64,000 nt of DNA from Raja brachyura (lineage: Eukaryota), in NCBI GenBank assembly GCA_963514005.1, contig OY740790.1:46686001-46750000 (forward strand), given 5' to 3'. This document shows, in pieces, positions 23,926 through 37,869 of this stretch. Below the pieces are notes generated by a model. It did not search any database. It was not told where the DNA came from and saw only the letters and a program-made list of their open reading frames with translations. Both the position numbers and the translations under genes were made by a program. Within the stretch, counting starts at the first letter, position 1, and the number at the start of each line of letters is the position of its first letter.

Positions 23926-24397
23926 CAGCTGAGCCAGCTTAACCAAATTGAAATTTCATGTAGTTCAATTTGAATTCCATATTTTAATTCTGCTTTCCTG
24001 TATACGCAGCCACCTATTAGGAAGTCCAGAAACTTTTTTTTCCATTAAAGATGTTGCATGAGAAAGTTACGATCCACGTATAATTTGTATCGTCTTGGAA
24101 TTGTGGTAACGCAACTTAATTAGAATCTATTCATTACTCCTACCAAATTAAATATCTCAAGGTGAGTAATAACTTAAAAACCAAGAACCAAATGCCTTAA
24201 AGATCTGCATAAATTAATTAATTGGAGGTGAACTCATTGGCACTCATTTACCAGCGGGTTTTATCTGAATTTACAAGTTGCAACATGCTTGCCTACACCA
24301 GTTTATTTTAAAATATTGAACATGTATTGTTGAATGCTTTGGTGTTGTATTTTATGCCATTTGTTTTACACACAGCTGCTTCTGATCTTATCTCCAG

Positions 24398-24553
24398 GTA
24401 TTTCTGATTTTAGTTTACGAGTTGCCCTGCAGAAGTTGCTGGAGGAATACAGGGAAGTCAATAAACCTCAAAAAGAAATCAAGTTTAGTAAAATGCCACC
24501 TGCATCAAAGATTCGTCCTCGAAGGAAAGCCCGGAAGTACCTCTATGCCATAG
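24398..24553 (+). CDS. IPP: IPP coding exon 3
   Basis: ISDFSLRVALQKLL...RPRRKARKYLYAIG; acceptor ctccag, weak donor gttacc; 156 nt. Confidence 0.92.
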   Translation, partial: VFLILVYELPCRSCWRNTGKSINLKKKSSLVKCHLHQRFVLEGKPGSTSMP

Positions 24554-26171
24554 GTTACCAGTTTTTTTGTAATTTCTGTAACCAGATGTAATTATTTTTA
24601 AATGGCCGGTGAGACGTGCCACATCATGCAAGGCTGAATTGATAGATTGTCACCGTTTATTTCTCAGAGTAATATTGATGGCCATCAGGGATCAGGCCAG
24701 AAAGTATTAGTGCATAATACTTATGTCAGAAAGTGAAACAGCCATTCGCCCCATCAAATCCATAGTGGCCCATTGATTGTAAAATAGGATAACTGAAATC
24801 GTAATAGCACAAAGCTAATTCTGTAGAGCTGAGTAAAGTAACCCTTCACCTGAACTTTATTGAACAAGCCAGGCTGCATCTGGTGGAAGGAAAACAGAGT
24901 CGACATTTCAGGTCAAAGAATCATACAGCATGGAAACAGGCCCAATGCTACAACTCGTTCATGCCAACCAAAATGCCCCATTCAAGCTTGTCCCATTTAT
25001 CAGCATTTGTCCCATATCCCTCTCAACCTTTCCTTTCTTTCCAGGTACCTGTCCAAGTGATTTTTAAATGCTCTTTTCGTACCTGCTTCACCTACCTCCT
25101 CTGGCAGCTCGTTCCTTTACCCACCACACTGAGTGAAAAAGTTGTCTCTCAGGTTGGTATTAAACGATGCCCCTCGCGCCTCAAACAGGTCCTTGTGTTT
25201 TTGATACCCTTACCCTGAATAAGAGACTGTGTATTTATCTTATCTATTCTCCTCATAATTTTATACCCCTCAATAAAATCACCCTCGGCCTCCTGTGCTC
25301 CAGGTGATAAAGTCCTAGCCTGCCCAACCTCTTCCTATAGCCTAGCCCCTCAAGTCCTGGCAACATCCTTGCATATCTTCTAGTCCTGAAACATTGACTC
25401 TGTTCCTCAACCCAGAGATATGGCCTGATTTGCTGGGTATTTCCGGCATTTTTTTGTTTTTGTTTTAGATTAAATGCAGTTATTTCTTTTTTAGAACATA
25501 GATCACAGAATATTATAGGAAAGGAACAGCCCCTTCGGTCCACAATGTCTGTGTTGAACTTGATGCTGAGATCAACTGTTATTTGCCTACACGTAATCCA
25601 TATCCCTCCATTCCCTGCAAATCCATGTGCCCATCCAAAAGTCTCTTAAGTGCCACTATCATATCTGGTCCATCGGCACCCTCAGCAGCATGTTCCAGAC
25701 AGACATCTTCTTTAAACTTTGACCCTGTCACCTTAATCCTATGTTGTATTTGATAGTTATATCCTGGAAAAAAGCTTCCAACTGTGTATTCTGTCTATGT
25801 CTCTTCTAATTTTACATACTATTATCAGGTCTTCCATCAACTGTCATTCCAGTTAAAACAATCCAAGTTTGTCCAAACTCTCCTTGTAGCTAATGCCCCC
25901 AAATCAAGACATGGTTCTGGTAAAACTCACCTGTACCCTTTCCAAAGCTTCCACATCCTTCCTGTATCGGGGTGACCAGAACTGAAATTTGATTTCTACG
26001 TTGGTGTGGTGCATTCATTATTAAACACAACCAAATATTATTTCCTGGAACTTATATTGTGTGAATTTTTTCCAAATTCTGGAAGCAACATTTCCCACAA
26101 CAGTTACTTTTTATGAATATTTAGAAGATAGAAAAGGGAAATAGCTTCATAGTTGAAAAAAATCAGGTATA

Positions 26172-27776
26172 CAGTGGCTTGCAAAGGTTTTCATACCCCT
26201 TGAGCTTTTCCACATTTTGTCACGTCACAACCACAAATATAAATGTATTTTATTGGGATTTTATGTGATAGATCAACACAAAGTGGCGCATAATTGTGAA
26301 GTGGAAGGAAAATGATACATGGTTTTCAAATTTTTTTACAAATAAAAAACATAAAAGTGTGGCGTGCAAAAGTATTCAGCCCTTTTACTCTGATACCCCT
26401 AAATAAAATCCAGTGCAACCAATTGCCTTCAGAAGCCACCTAATTAGTAAATAGAGTCCACTTGTGTGTAATCTAATCTCAGTATAAATACAGCTGTTCT
26501 GTGAAGGCCTCAGAGGTTTGTTAGAGAACATTAGTGAACAAACAGCATCATGAAGCCCAAGGAACACGCCAGACAGGTCAGGGATAAAGTTGTGGAGAAG
26601 TTTAAAGCAGGGTTAGGTTATAAAAAAATATCCCAAGCTTTGAACATCTCACAGAGCACTGTTCAATCCATCATCCGAAAATGGAAAGAGTATGGCACAA
26701 CTGCAAGACATGGCCGTCCACCTAAACTGACAGGCCGGGCAAGGAGAGCATTGATCAGAGAAGCAGCCAAGAGGCCCATGGTAACTCTGGAGGAGCTGCA
26801 GAGATCCACAGCTCAGGTGGGACAATCTGTCCACAGGACAACTATTAGTCGTGCACTCCACAAATCGGGCCTTTATGGAAGAGTGGCAAGAAGAAAGCCA
26901 TTGGTGAAACAAAGCCATAAGAAGTCCAGTTTGCAGTTTGCCACAAGCCATGTTGGGGCACAGCAAACATGTGGAGGAAGGTGCTCTGGTCTGATGAGAC
27001 CAAAATTGAAGTTTTTGGCCTAAATGCAAAACGCTATGTGCGGCGGAAAACTAACACTGCACATCACCCTGAACACACCATCCCCACTGTGAAACGTGGT
27101 GGTGGTAGCATCTTGCTGTGGGGATGCTTTTCTTCAGCAGGGACAGGGAAGCTGGTCAGAGTTGATGGGAAGATGGATGGAGCCAAATACAGGGCAATCT
27201 TGGAAGAAAACTGTTAGAGTCTGCAAAAGACTTGAGACTGGAGCGGAGGTTCACCTTCCAGCAGGACAACGACCCTAAACACACAGCCAGAGCTACAATG
27301 GAATGGTTTAGATCAAAGTATATTCATGTGTTAGAATGGCTCAGTCAAAGTCCAGACCTAAATCCAACTGAGAATCTCTGGCAAGACTTGAAAATTGCCG
27401 TTCACAGACGCTCTCCATCCAATCTGACTGAGCTTGAGCTATTTTGCAAAGAAGAATGGGCAAACATTTCAGTCTCTAGATGTGCAAAGCTGGTAGAGAC
27501 ATACCCCAAAAGACTTGCAGCTGTAATTGCAGCGAAAGGTGGTTCGACAAAGTATTAACTCAGGGGGGCTGAATACTTTTGCACGCCACACTTTTCAGTA
27601 TTTTATTTGTAATAAAATTTTGAAGCCATGTATCATTTTCCTTCCACTGCACAATTATGCACCACTTTGTGTTGGTCTATCACATAAAATCCCAATAAAA
27701 TACATTTACGTTTGTGGTTATAATGTGACAAAATGTGGAAAAGTTTAAGGGGTATGAAAACTTTTGCAAGCCACTT
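26172..27776 (+). mobile_element. Tc1-like DD34E transposon, IR/DR type, transposase frameshifted
   Basis: TA then cagtggcttgcaaa; TIRs about 210 bp with inner repeats at 26359-26382 and 27566-27589; GRPPK, WSDETK, QQDND-34-E (SPDLNPTE); CDS remnant 26550-27558. Confidence 0.95.
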
Positions 27777-28831
27777 TTACAAATGTTTCCCCACTCCCAG
27801 CTAACTGTTCCTGCTTATCTTGCTTGAGTGACCAACCTCTCCTTCTTCCCCCCCCGCCCCCCACCCCCCACAGTGCTAACAGAATATTTGCTTGTAAGTC
27901 GTCATGTAGAGGAAAAGCAAAAGTCCAGCAACTTTTTGGTTGGAATATTATTTGACCTGCCATTTCGCTCTTAATTTTTTTCATAATATTTGAAGAATGT
28001 GTAAATGATAATCAAGAACATTTTCTTTTGCCCAGAGTGAGGAAATCGAGAACCAGAGGACATAGGTTTATGGTGTGGGGGAGCAAGATTGTATAGAAAC
28101 CTAACTTTTTCACACAGAGGGTGGTGGGTGTATGGAATGAGCTCCTGGAGGAAATAGTTGAGGCAGCTACTATTGCAACGTTTAAGAAACATTTAGAAAG
28201 GTGCATGGATAGGATAGGTTTACAGAGATGTGGGCCAAACGCAAGCAGGTGGGGTTATTGTAGATGAGGCATGTTGGTCAGCATGGACAGGTTGTGCCGA
28301 GGGGCTTTTTTCTACGCTGTATGACTAAATCATGTAAAATATGAAAACAAAATCAGTTTTGCTTCTCTTTTAATTCATTGCATGAGTGTTTAATTTTTCA
28401 TTTATTTTTGGAAAATGATCCTGTCATGAAAGCTAATTGAATACAGGAATGTTTCATTTCAAAATCCTTCCGAAAATTAATAAATCCCAGGCTCAGTCTA
28501 AATTTTTGAGACATTGCCGTTGGCAATTTCTAAACGAGCCAAGGTCAACACACCTTGTCATATCCTAATTATTGGTTTTCATTCCGGACATTCTAGACCT
28601 GTCCATGCATAATTGATGGGAACATTTTCAAAGATTTCTTTAATTTTAAAAATCATTTAAAAAGTATTAAATGTATTGTTTCTGGTTCCTGAAAATGTGA
28701 AAGTCCTATTGTTTAGTTAGCTCATTGAAATTATTTTATTAAACACTTACACTATCATTGCAACTCAGTACAGAGTTAAATTGAGATTTGTCTCAAGGTA
28801 TAATTTTCACTGTTTCTGTACTATTGACAAG

Positions 28832-28999
28832 GTGGTTACACACGTCTTCAAGGAGGTCGATGGAGTGATAGCAGAACTCTTAGTTGTGTGGAACGTTTTG
28901 ATTCATTCAGTCAATACTGGACAACCGTATCCTCTCTCCACCAGGCTAGAAGTGGGTTGGGTGTTGCAGTACTCGAGGGGATGATCTATGTAATTGGTG
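28832..28999 (+). CDS. IPP: IPP coding exon 4 (Kelch repeats)
   Basis: GYTRLQGGRWSDSRTLSCVERFDSFSQYWTTVSSLHQARSGLGVAVLEGMIYVIG, read directly (not in the ORF track); donor gtaagt at 29000; 168 nt. Confidence 0.93.
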
Positions 29000-29364
29000 G
29001 TAAGTACCATATTGTCTATGTAGTCGGTGGTAAGTACCATTGAGTTTGCATTTGATTTTACTTACTGCTACTATGCAGACATGTATTTTGTCTGAAACAG
29101 CATAAAATGGTTTCATATCTAGGACATGGCATCAATATTGCTCCTTTGTGTTTACTCCCTTTCTGAAGTTCCACAAGACCTGTGGAGGAATGTATTTCTC
29201 CTTTTCTCAGTTTTGTTTTATTTTGACTGATGTGTGGTAAGGAAACCAAATAATGTTTATCGGTTTAAAAAGGAATAGAATTCAATAAGGAACAGGACTT
29301 CAGAGTAAACACTTTAAGACAATGGGAATATTTTAATTATTGTTAAGCTGTTCATTTTTACATC

Positions 29365-30190
29365 TCAAGGTTTCAAGGTCAGTTTATTGTCACATGTACC
29401 AATTAAGGTACAGTGAAATTTGAGTTACCATACGGTCATACTAAATGAAAAGTAACAAGACACACAACCACGTAAACATTAACATAAATATCCATCACAG
29501 TGGATTCCACGTTCCTCATTATGATGGAAGGCAATAAAGTACAATCCTCTTCCTCTTTGTTCTCCCGCCGTCAGAGCAGTCAAACCATCCGCTGTCGGGG
29601 CGATCAAAACACCCGCAGCCGACGATCAAAGCCCCTGTCGGGGTGATCAAAACTCCCGCGTCGGGGGTGGGTTGAAACTCTCTCCGCAGCATGGACCTCC
29701 CGAGTCGGCCTCTTCTTACCAGAGACCGCGGGCTTCATGATATTAAAGTTCACAGGCCCCGCGGTTGGAGCTGCGATCCTGGCAAAGAGATCGCAAGCTC
29801 CAAGCTTTGCGGATTGGAGCACCCGTCAGTCTCCAGGAAAGGCCGCCAACTCCACGATGTTAGGTCACAGTGGGGACGGAGATACGATACGGAAAGAAAT
29901 TGCATCGCTGTCGATGTAAGAGATTGGAAAAAAAACATTTCCCCCAACCCCACACTTAAAACAAACCAAGAAACACTAAAAGAGAGGACTGAAGAAGGGT
30001 GTCGACCCAAAACGTTGCCTATTTCCTTCACTCCATAGATGCTGTGTCACCCGCTGAGTTTCTCCAGCATTTTTGTCTACCAAGGAACACTAAAACATAC
30101 TTTTTAACACAAACTAAAAATAACATAAAAGAAGAGAGAACAGACTGACTGTTGGCGAGGCAGGCACTGCTGGTGGCGCCACCAGGTGGA
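29365..30190 (-). mobile_element. Non-coding interspersed repeat, probably a non-autonomous retroelement; carries a Penelope-end insertion near 29985-30080
   Basis: Colinear with 58475-59095; AATAAA plus short-repeat tail on the minus strand. Confidence 0.65.
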
Positions 30191-30590
30191 AAAATTAACC
30201 TCGTAACTCAAATCTGATGATAAAATATATTACATATAGAAACTGCAGAAGTACTCAGCAGGACTTCATTATAATTGTCAACAATTTATTTTTGTCTCTG
30301 ATTCCAAGTCTCACAGCTTTCCAGTTCAGTTCTTCCTACATTATTTTGTTTCCATGTTATAGTTATCAGGATTCATGGCCCATGGTTACGTGGCATGACT
30401 ACAACATTTGTATTTCATTCTTCATCAACTTTTAACGCAAGACTGATTACTTCACCTGGCTCCAGAGATGTTTGCCTGTCCCGCTGAATTACTCCAGCTT
30501 TTTGTATCTATCTTCAACTATCTGAAGTTTTGCCATACTTTGTTCATCCTTAATCTCGTTGTGCTTGTATTTGCCAAGGCTGATGTTTTA

Positions 30591-31795
30591 TTTCTTTATA
30601 TTTCAAAATAGACTTTATTCAAATAATAAATATGTACAATACATCAACCGTGCGAAAATTCCATCCGACATTTTCGGAGGCTATACAAATTGTTCCATAC
30701 AGTCTATATACATTTCTCAAATTTCGCGAATCGATCCCCCACCCGTGCCACTCATGTGATGCTGGCATGGATACCTTCCCTTATTTTGAGGGGCGTCTCC
30801 ACCATACCGTGCCCCCCATGTCCAGCAGCGGAAGGACCTTTGACTGTGGCCCTCCCCCACCGAGCCTTGGCGTTGGCTGCACCGAACTTCAGTGTGTTCC
30901 TCAGCACGTACTCCTGCAGTCTGCAGTGGGCCAGTCGGCAACATTCCCCGACGGACATCTCACTCTGCTGGGTGGTGAACAACGCTCGGGCAGACCAAAG
31001 AGCGTCTTTCACCGAATTGATGACCCTCCAGCAGCACTTGATGTCAGTCTCTGAATGTGTCCTTGGGAACACAGACATAAATTTGTAAATCACAGAGTCC
31101 TCTGTGACGAAGCTGTTTGGAATAAAGCGTACCAGGGACCCTTGCATTTTTCTCCAGACTCTTTGGGCAAATCCACACTCTGCAAAGAGGTGGGCAACCG
31201 TCTCCTCTCCATAATAGCCGTCCCAAGGGCAGCGTGTGCTGGTAGTAAGGTTCCGACGGTGCAGGAAGGATCTGACTGGGAGGGCTCCCTTCACCACCAG
31301 CCAAGCCAGGTCTTGGTGCTTGTTGGTGAGTTCTGGCGATGAGGCATTTTGCCAGATAAGCTGGGCAGTCTGCTCAGGGAACCACGCCACCGGGTCCATC
31401 GAGTCCTTTCCCTGCAGTGCCTGCAGAACATTCTGTGCTGACCACTGCCCAATGGACATGTGGTCAAAGGTGTTGGTCCGGAAGAACCTTTCCACAGACG
31501 ACAGATGGGGCGGCAGTGTCCAGCTGACTGGCACCTTGCGTGGCATCTGCGCCAGCCCCATCCTTCGCAACACCGGGGACAGGTAGAACCTCAGCAGGTA
31601 GTGACACTTGGTGCCCACGTGCCTTGGCTCTACACTCCGCCTGATGCAGCCACACACGAAGGTGGTCATCAGGATGAGAGCGACGTTGGGCACGCTTTTA
31701 CCCCCGTTGTCTGCTGACTTGTACATTGTGGCCCGTCGCACCTGGTCCATCCTCGACCCCCAGATGAACTGGAAGACGGGTGATCCCTGTGGCGT
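30591..31795 (-). mobile_element. 5'-truncated Tx1-type (L1 group) LINE
   Basis: 332-aa ORF2 C-terminus with DLAW...LPVR and CP....EETVAHLFAEC; 14-bp TSD aggctgatgtttta at 30577-30590 and 31796-31809. Confidence 0.88.
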
Positions 31796-32330
31796 AGGCT
31801 GATGTTTTAATAAGTTTGAACAGACAGTACCTCAGAATTGTGTAATCTTTCGCAAACATTGACTTCTCAGTTTTTGTATAGGGTCAGTTATTTTTCAGCT
31901 AGGGTGATTTTTTGTTTCTGATAAGTAACACACGCCGATTAAGTACCTTGGTCTTTTAGAACATTTCCCATAAGCTACCAGATCCTTTGAAAACTTTTAA
32001 CTCAGTAAATGAGCCAGCAACTGGATAGTTGGGGACATTTAAGGTGAGGTGGGCAAGAAAACAGTTAAATTGGTATTTTTATAGCTTCCATTAAAAATTA
32101 ATAACAATTTAGTATATTTGATTTTGAGTAATTTGGGGGGGGGGGGGTTAAATTCTTTCACAAAAATCACAAATTTTAAGATTGATTAAATTTACCAAGA
32201 TTATTATAAATAATCAAAATAAATGGTTTACATTTTTAATTGTTTTGAAGATGATAGGTTATAAAAAAAACCCCAATAGAATTGGCTGTACAAGTAGGTA
32301 TGTTCATGATGCCTTAATTTTTTTTGCAAG

Positions 32331-32468
32331 GTGAAAGTGATTCCATGATTTTTGATGGTGCTGAGCGATATGATCCAGTTACTAAGCAATGGGCAGCTGT
32401 GGCCTCCATGAATTCTCCTCGATGTGGACTTGCTGTATGTGCCTGTCATGCTGCTATATATGCTCTAG
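32331..32468 (+). CDS. IPP: IPP coding exon 5 (Kelch)
   Basis: ESDSMIFDGAERYDPVTKQW...PRCGLAV...IYALG; 138 nt. Confidence 0.94.
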
Positions 32469-33192
32469 GTGAGAATATAAAATATGATTACTCTTGGTTT
32501 TATAACCAGCTCTGCAAGGGAGGTAGTTTTAATAATGCAACACTGGAGCTAATATATATCATTTTATTGTGGTAAAAATAATCTTCATTCAACTTTGTAT
32601 ACTGACATAATTTACAGCATAGCATAACAATGTTAACTGTGTAGATTGCACAGATTAGCAGGCAATTGGGTTGGCAATAATTATCTTGTATATAGGTAAT
32701 TATCAACTTTTGAATAACGAAACATGGGATCTTCACTGGTAACTCCCTTCAGAGTCAACTACTCAACCACAACCACAGATGGCCCCAAGGCAAATGTTCC
32801 AATGAATTAAATGCCCTGATTTTTTTTTTCCATTATAAATATTTGCTGTTTTAACTGTTTTAATGTGTAACTTGACACTGTTTAAGATTGTGAGTCAAAC
32901 TTAATTTAAAAAATAGTAGAGATGTGAGATGAACAGTTACGCACAAGACCTTTTGGACCTCAAGGATGATATTGTCAGGAGAGTTGCAAGTTCCATACAG
33001 GAAACAATAAAGATTGCAAGTAGAAAACATTAAAAATTAACCTGGGAACTTTATTTTTTTTAAATCAAGCAAATGTAAGCTTTCCTGCAAATTAAAGTGA
33101 GTTCTGAGAAAGATGGGTAAAGTTATGTAATTTTTTTTTAAGGAAAGTCTCCAACTCTCTTCACACAGTGTGCATCTTTTGAATATTTCCAG

Positions 33193-33315
33193 GAGGCTGG
33201 GTTGGAGCAGATATTGGGAAGACGATGGAAAGATTTGACCCTTCTGACAATAAATGGGAAGTTGTTGGTGACATGATTGTCCCTCGATACTTCTTTGGTT
33301 GCTGTGAAATGCAAG
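33193..33315 (+). CDS. IPP: IPP coding exon 6 (Kelch)
   Basis: GWVGADIGKTMERFDPSDNKWEVVGDMIVPRYFFGCCEMQ; ttccag / gtaggg; 123 nt. Confidence 0.93.
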
Positions 33316-34761
33316 GTAGGGATTATAGTTCCTTGTGAAGATAAACAAGTGAGTGTTAAATGAACTTTCTGCTTTTGTATCATTTCTTGTGCCAACTCAA
33401 TTTTATCATGCTTTATGGTTATTATAGTTGAGTAAGTTTCATTATTGTAGATGGACATGGAAATATGCATACCTGGACATTGACTTTATTATACTGTTTA
33501 CAAAATGTTGTATTAAGCAATAACTAATGCATATAAATACTTGCTGGTCTTCCACTATTTTCTCCTTTTTGCCCTGATGTAAAATAATTGCTGCAATCTA
33601 TATCTAAACATGCAAACAGCAAGGCACTAGTAGCCCCCTCTCATATTTTGCTCGAGTGGTCAGGTTTCAGGTATGTACCCTGATAAGGATTTTGGGCGTT
33701 TCAGGACAGTGTTTATAAATTTAGATTTACAGTTAGCAGGGAGACAGAGATTTTGGAATATTGTATATCCTAAGTGATTTTGGCAACAGGAAGATGCCCT
33801 GCATTCACGAGCTGGGAAATCATGTACTGGGATCTGGCAGCACATCAGCAGGTAGATTGAATCTTGACGATTATATCGGCAGCACTAGGCGGGCAGCCAA
33901 ACGTTCTCTCCAGGTTTTCTGGAATGTTTGGAGAATCAGAGCTACATTGCAGTCGGTGCACTTGTTGCAGTTAGGAACAGTGATTGGTAATCAGAAGCAG
34001 CCCAGATTTTTTAAAAAAAGCAATTGGTGGTGTTCATAAGAATACTTCGCTCTGGAAGAGAGCAAACCACCATCAGTTGGTGAGGCTGGATTGGTATTGG
34101 AGAGACCAGGGTATTGGGAAGATCAGAATGAGGATGAAGTAATCGAGAGGCAAAGCAATATGGAAGTATGTAATGTGCGAAGGCAGAATTGAAGGGAGAT
34201 AACTGATGGGGACCAAGAAAATGGAGAAACTAAGGCAAGCAATTGGGAGGGTAGGGGGAATAGAGGTAAGGAGATGGAAGAAAGGGGTAGGTCTGAAGGA
34301 GGGAGATGACATGGGTATGGGAGTTGAGATAGGAACCAAGATTATGTCAATCAGATGATCAGAATGTAACTGTTCATGTGGGGAAAATGTATCTCCAATC
34401 GGCCTGGACCTCTTGTCATAGGACAAAGACCTTGCTGAGCCCAGTTTGTGTGGTAATGTCAGCCTCCCCATGTTAAAGGAATTCATGCTTGGTAATATTT
34501 TGACATGAACTAGAAAAAAGGCAGGTCCTTGTTGACTCTGAAGGATTGCCTTGGAAGAAAGGATAAAGTTCAGTCAAATGTAAATGTAATTTCAGCAATC
34601 CAAACCTATTCTAATGTTTGCAAATTTTTGAACTACCATTCAGGATGCCCACATTTTATGAAATCAAAGCTTATGTAAAATAATGAGTATTGATGATTAA
34701 TTTCATAAAAAGAAATGGAAGCAAGTTGTCAACATGTAAGAAAACTGTAATTGTTTCACAG

Positions 34762-34982
34762 GCTTAATTTATATTGTTGGAGGTTTAAGTGACTCAGGGT
34801 CTGAGCTCAGTTCAGCTGAAATGTTCGATCCCATTGCAAAACGTTGGATGACATTGGAGAGTATGAAAACAAAAAGAGCATATGTTGGAGTAGCAGCTCT
34901 GAATGACTGTGTTTATGCCGTTGGAGGATGGAATGAGACCCAAAATGCTCTACGGACAGTAGAGAAGTACTCCCTTCAGGAG
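34762..34982 (+). CDS. IPP: IPP coding exon 7 (Kelch)
   Basis: LIYIVGGLSDSGSELSSAEMFDP...VYAVGGWNE...EKYSLQE; 221 nt. Confidence 0.94.
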
Positions 34983-35991
34983 GTAGGTGTGGTTTGCCTA
35001 TTGTTTATTATGATTATATCGTGTTCCCAGAAAAACAGAAAGATAAAATTATGTTTCATATTGTTTGGTAAGTGTGCAGTGCGTAAATATAATGGGTTAC
35101 TGTTAAAATTCCTTAAAGTTGCCTTTTGTCTCTACCCCCATTCTAGGAGTTTAGCTATGGCCATTTTGTGAATGTGAAAAGAGGGTCACAGTAACAGTCT
35201 AAATACGAGAAGTAAGAATCCCCAATCCAAAATATCAGTTAGGGTTAGTGGATACTTTCAAATTGTGTTTCATATATTTTTAAACTCATTTTTTCAATAT
35301 TTATATTCAGTTTTATAACTTCCCTCAAAACGACTAAAAATTGGCAAGTCCTTCGAGGACTTGTGTCAAGTAAAGCAGAGAACCATGAAAACTCCCTTTT
35401 GTATCTATGGTATATCTACTGTAAGGTTAAACCACTTTCCTTTCATTACAAAGATCTGCAGAGAACCCTTTGCTGGTCAAGAATCACCGCTTTGGCTTTG
35501 GTAGTTTTTTTGTCCTCATATGATGGATGGGGTTAGATGTTCCATGGCCTTGAAAATGAGGGTACTCGAATACCCAAACAAACCTAATCTCGGACACCAT
35601 CATACTGAATGCAATGGACTTGGAATGTTGAACAGTCTGACTCTCTCGGCGGTACGCACACTGTGCCACTGTTTATCGCCCATCCTTTTTGCCATCCAGT
35701 TGGCATTTTTGCGCAGTTCTGATTTTACCATCAGGATGTCTGGGAAAGATGTGCACCATGATTTTGTCAGAATATTCCATAACTAAAATCTAATTTCAAA
35801 AATAGAATTATCAATATAATTGAAAAAAAATATCGACAGTAATAAACCATTCAAAATATTGAAGTATAACATTACTGTGGTAAGTTTCTAAAGTAACACG
35901 GAGGCGATCTGATGAATTACAGAAGTATAGGAAACTTGCATTATAAATTCAGATTTTTCATTTTCTGTTCTCTTTTCCCATTTTGTTACAG

Positions 35992-36216
35992 GAGAAGTGG
36001 TTTGAGGTTTCATCAATGAATGTGGCAAGGGCAGGTGTTTCAGTCATTGCTGTAAATGGGCTCCTTTATGCAGCAGGAGGTCGAACATCAGGTCGAGATT
36101 CTTCAGCTCCTGTTACTCTAGACTCTGTGGAAGCCTATGATCCTCACACCGATACATGGATGGAAATTGGGAATATGATAACGAGCCGCTGTGATGGAGG
36201 TGTAGCCGTACTTTGA
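35992..36216 (+). CDS. IPP: IPP last coding exon
   Basis: EKWFEV...LLYAAGG...VEAYDPHTDTW...SRCDGGVAVL-stop; the joined CDS is 1785 nt and open (594 aa). Confidence 0.95.
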   Translation, partial: EKWFEVSSMNVARAGVSVIAVNGLLYAAGGRTSGRDSSAPVTLDSVEAYDPHTDTWMEIGNMITSRCDGGVAVL

Positions 36217-37289
36217 TTGTTGATGACTGTTTCAAAGATATTAACTAAGATATAAACTGCCATCACATATTTCCGTTGTAATGAAGGAAATTTTCATGAT
36301 TTTAAACAGCTGTTTTGGGGTTCCAACTTGGCACAGCATAGATTCACTGTCACAATACGTAAATAGAAAGTACAGGCCATTTGCACTTCAAGCAAGCTCC
36401 TCCATTTGATGAGTTATGGTAGATCTCAATCCTTTCCTCACTAGCCCTCTATTCCCAATTACTTCAGTTTAAGAATATTTTCTGTTTTCAATATTGTCAA
36501 TGAATGAGCATCCACAGCTCACTAGAGGTAGAGAATGGCAAATGTTTAAAACTATGTGAAAAAAGTTATCTTCGTCTCTTCTAGTCTTTAAATATGTAAA
36601 ATAAGATGTACCATCCAATTTGTGCACAACACACTTGCACAAATGATAGTGAGACACTGACGTAATAATCTGTTGTAGTGAAATTGAATGAGAGATTAAT
36701 ATTAGCCAGGAATCTTTTTTGAAACAATGTCATTAAACATAGAACATCAGCCAAGATTTACGTACTCCGGTGTATGGAGTGAGATTTCAATGCCTCTCTT
36801 CTGAATTAGTAGCAGATTGGTACCAACTAACTCATAGGTGACACTAATCAAACTTTGACTGAGCATACAATAATTAAATACTGTACATTGAAGTTCAGGA
36901 AAAAAAACTTGAAGCATTATCCAGCATTTTGTATAAGCCTTTAATTTATTGCATATAGGTGTGTGGATGTTTTGAGTGACATTTTCAGGAAGTCATAAAG
37001 TGAAGGAACACGGACAGGCCCTTCAGCCCATGAAGTTCGTGCCGACTACCAGCCACCCACTAACATTAATCGTATATTAATCCCCATTTTCCCTGAATAC
37101 AGCCAGTGAAAGTTTACAATGGGGAGTGTTCAATAATTTAACTAAGCCAGTGCCTTTTTTTAGTGCTCTCCAGTGTCCCTATTGTCTTGAGACAATTTTA
37201 ATAATTATTGCAACATCTAACAGCACACAATATTGTGAATTTAATGGATATTGATATTAATTGTAATTACTTTTTGTAACTATTTTCTT

Positions 37290-37295
37290 AATAAA
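37290..37295 (+). terminator. IPP: Candidate IPP poly(A) signal
   Basis: AATAAA in an AT-rich 3' region; a second one at 37527. Confidence 0.4.
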
Positions 37296-37869
37296 TATGT
37301 TGAACCATGTTGAATTGATTTTGCATATGTCAAAAAATACAAACTAGTGCATTTTGATTTTATTTAGAACAATAGAATTTCGATCATTTAAATATAAACT
37401 GGGACAGTATTTCATCTTTGATTTTAATTCTCCTATAAGGTTAATTCTTCTTGTATCCTTGAACTCCTGTACTCTTGCAAACACTCAAAGTATTTAACAT
37501 TTGAATTTACCGTTATCGATCACCCTAATAAATATGCCTGCATTCCTGACAAACAGACCCTTCAGCCCACCTTGTCTGCACCAACCATGATGCCAATCTA
37601 ATTCAATGCCATTTGTCTTCAGAAGGTCCATATATCTGCCTACCATATACCTACCATGTGCCTGTCTAAATGCTTCTTAAAGATTGTTATAATTTCAGAT
37701 TCTACCAGTTTCCCTGGCAGTGCATTTCAGACACCTACTATCCTCTGCTTGTAAATATTAACTTGCTTTGTACTTAAAATATTTAAGACCTCCTTTAAAT
37801 ATATTCCCTCACCTTAAATCTATTCACCCTAGCATTTGGTATGTCCATCCAGGGAAAAAGACTGACCAT

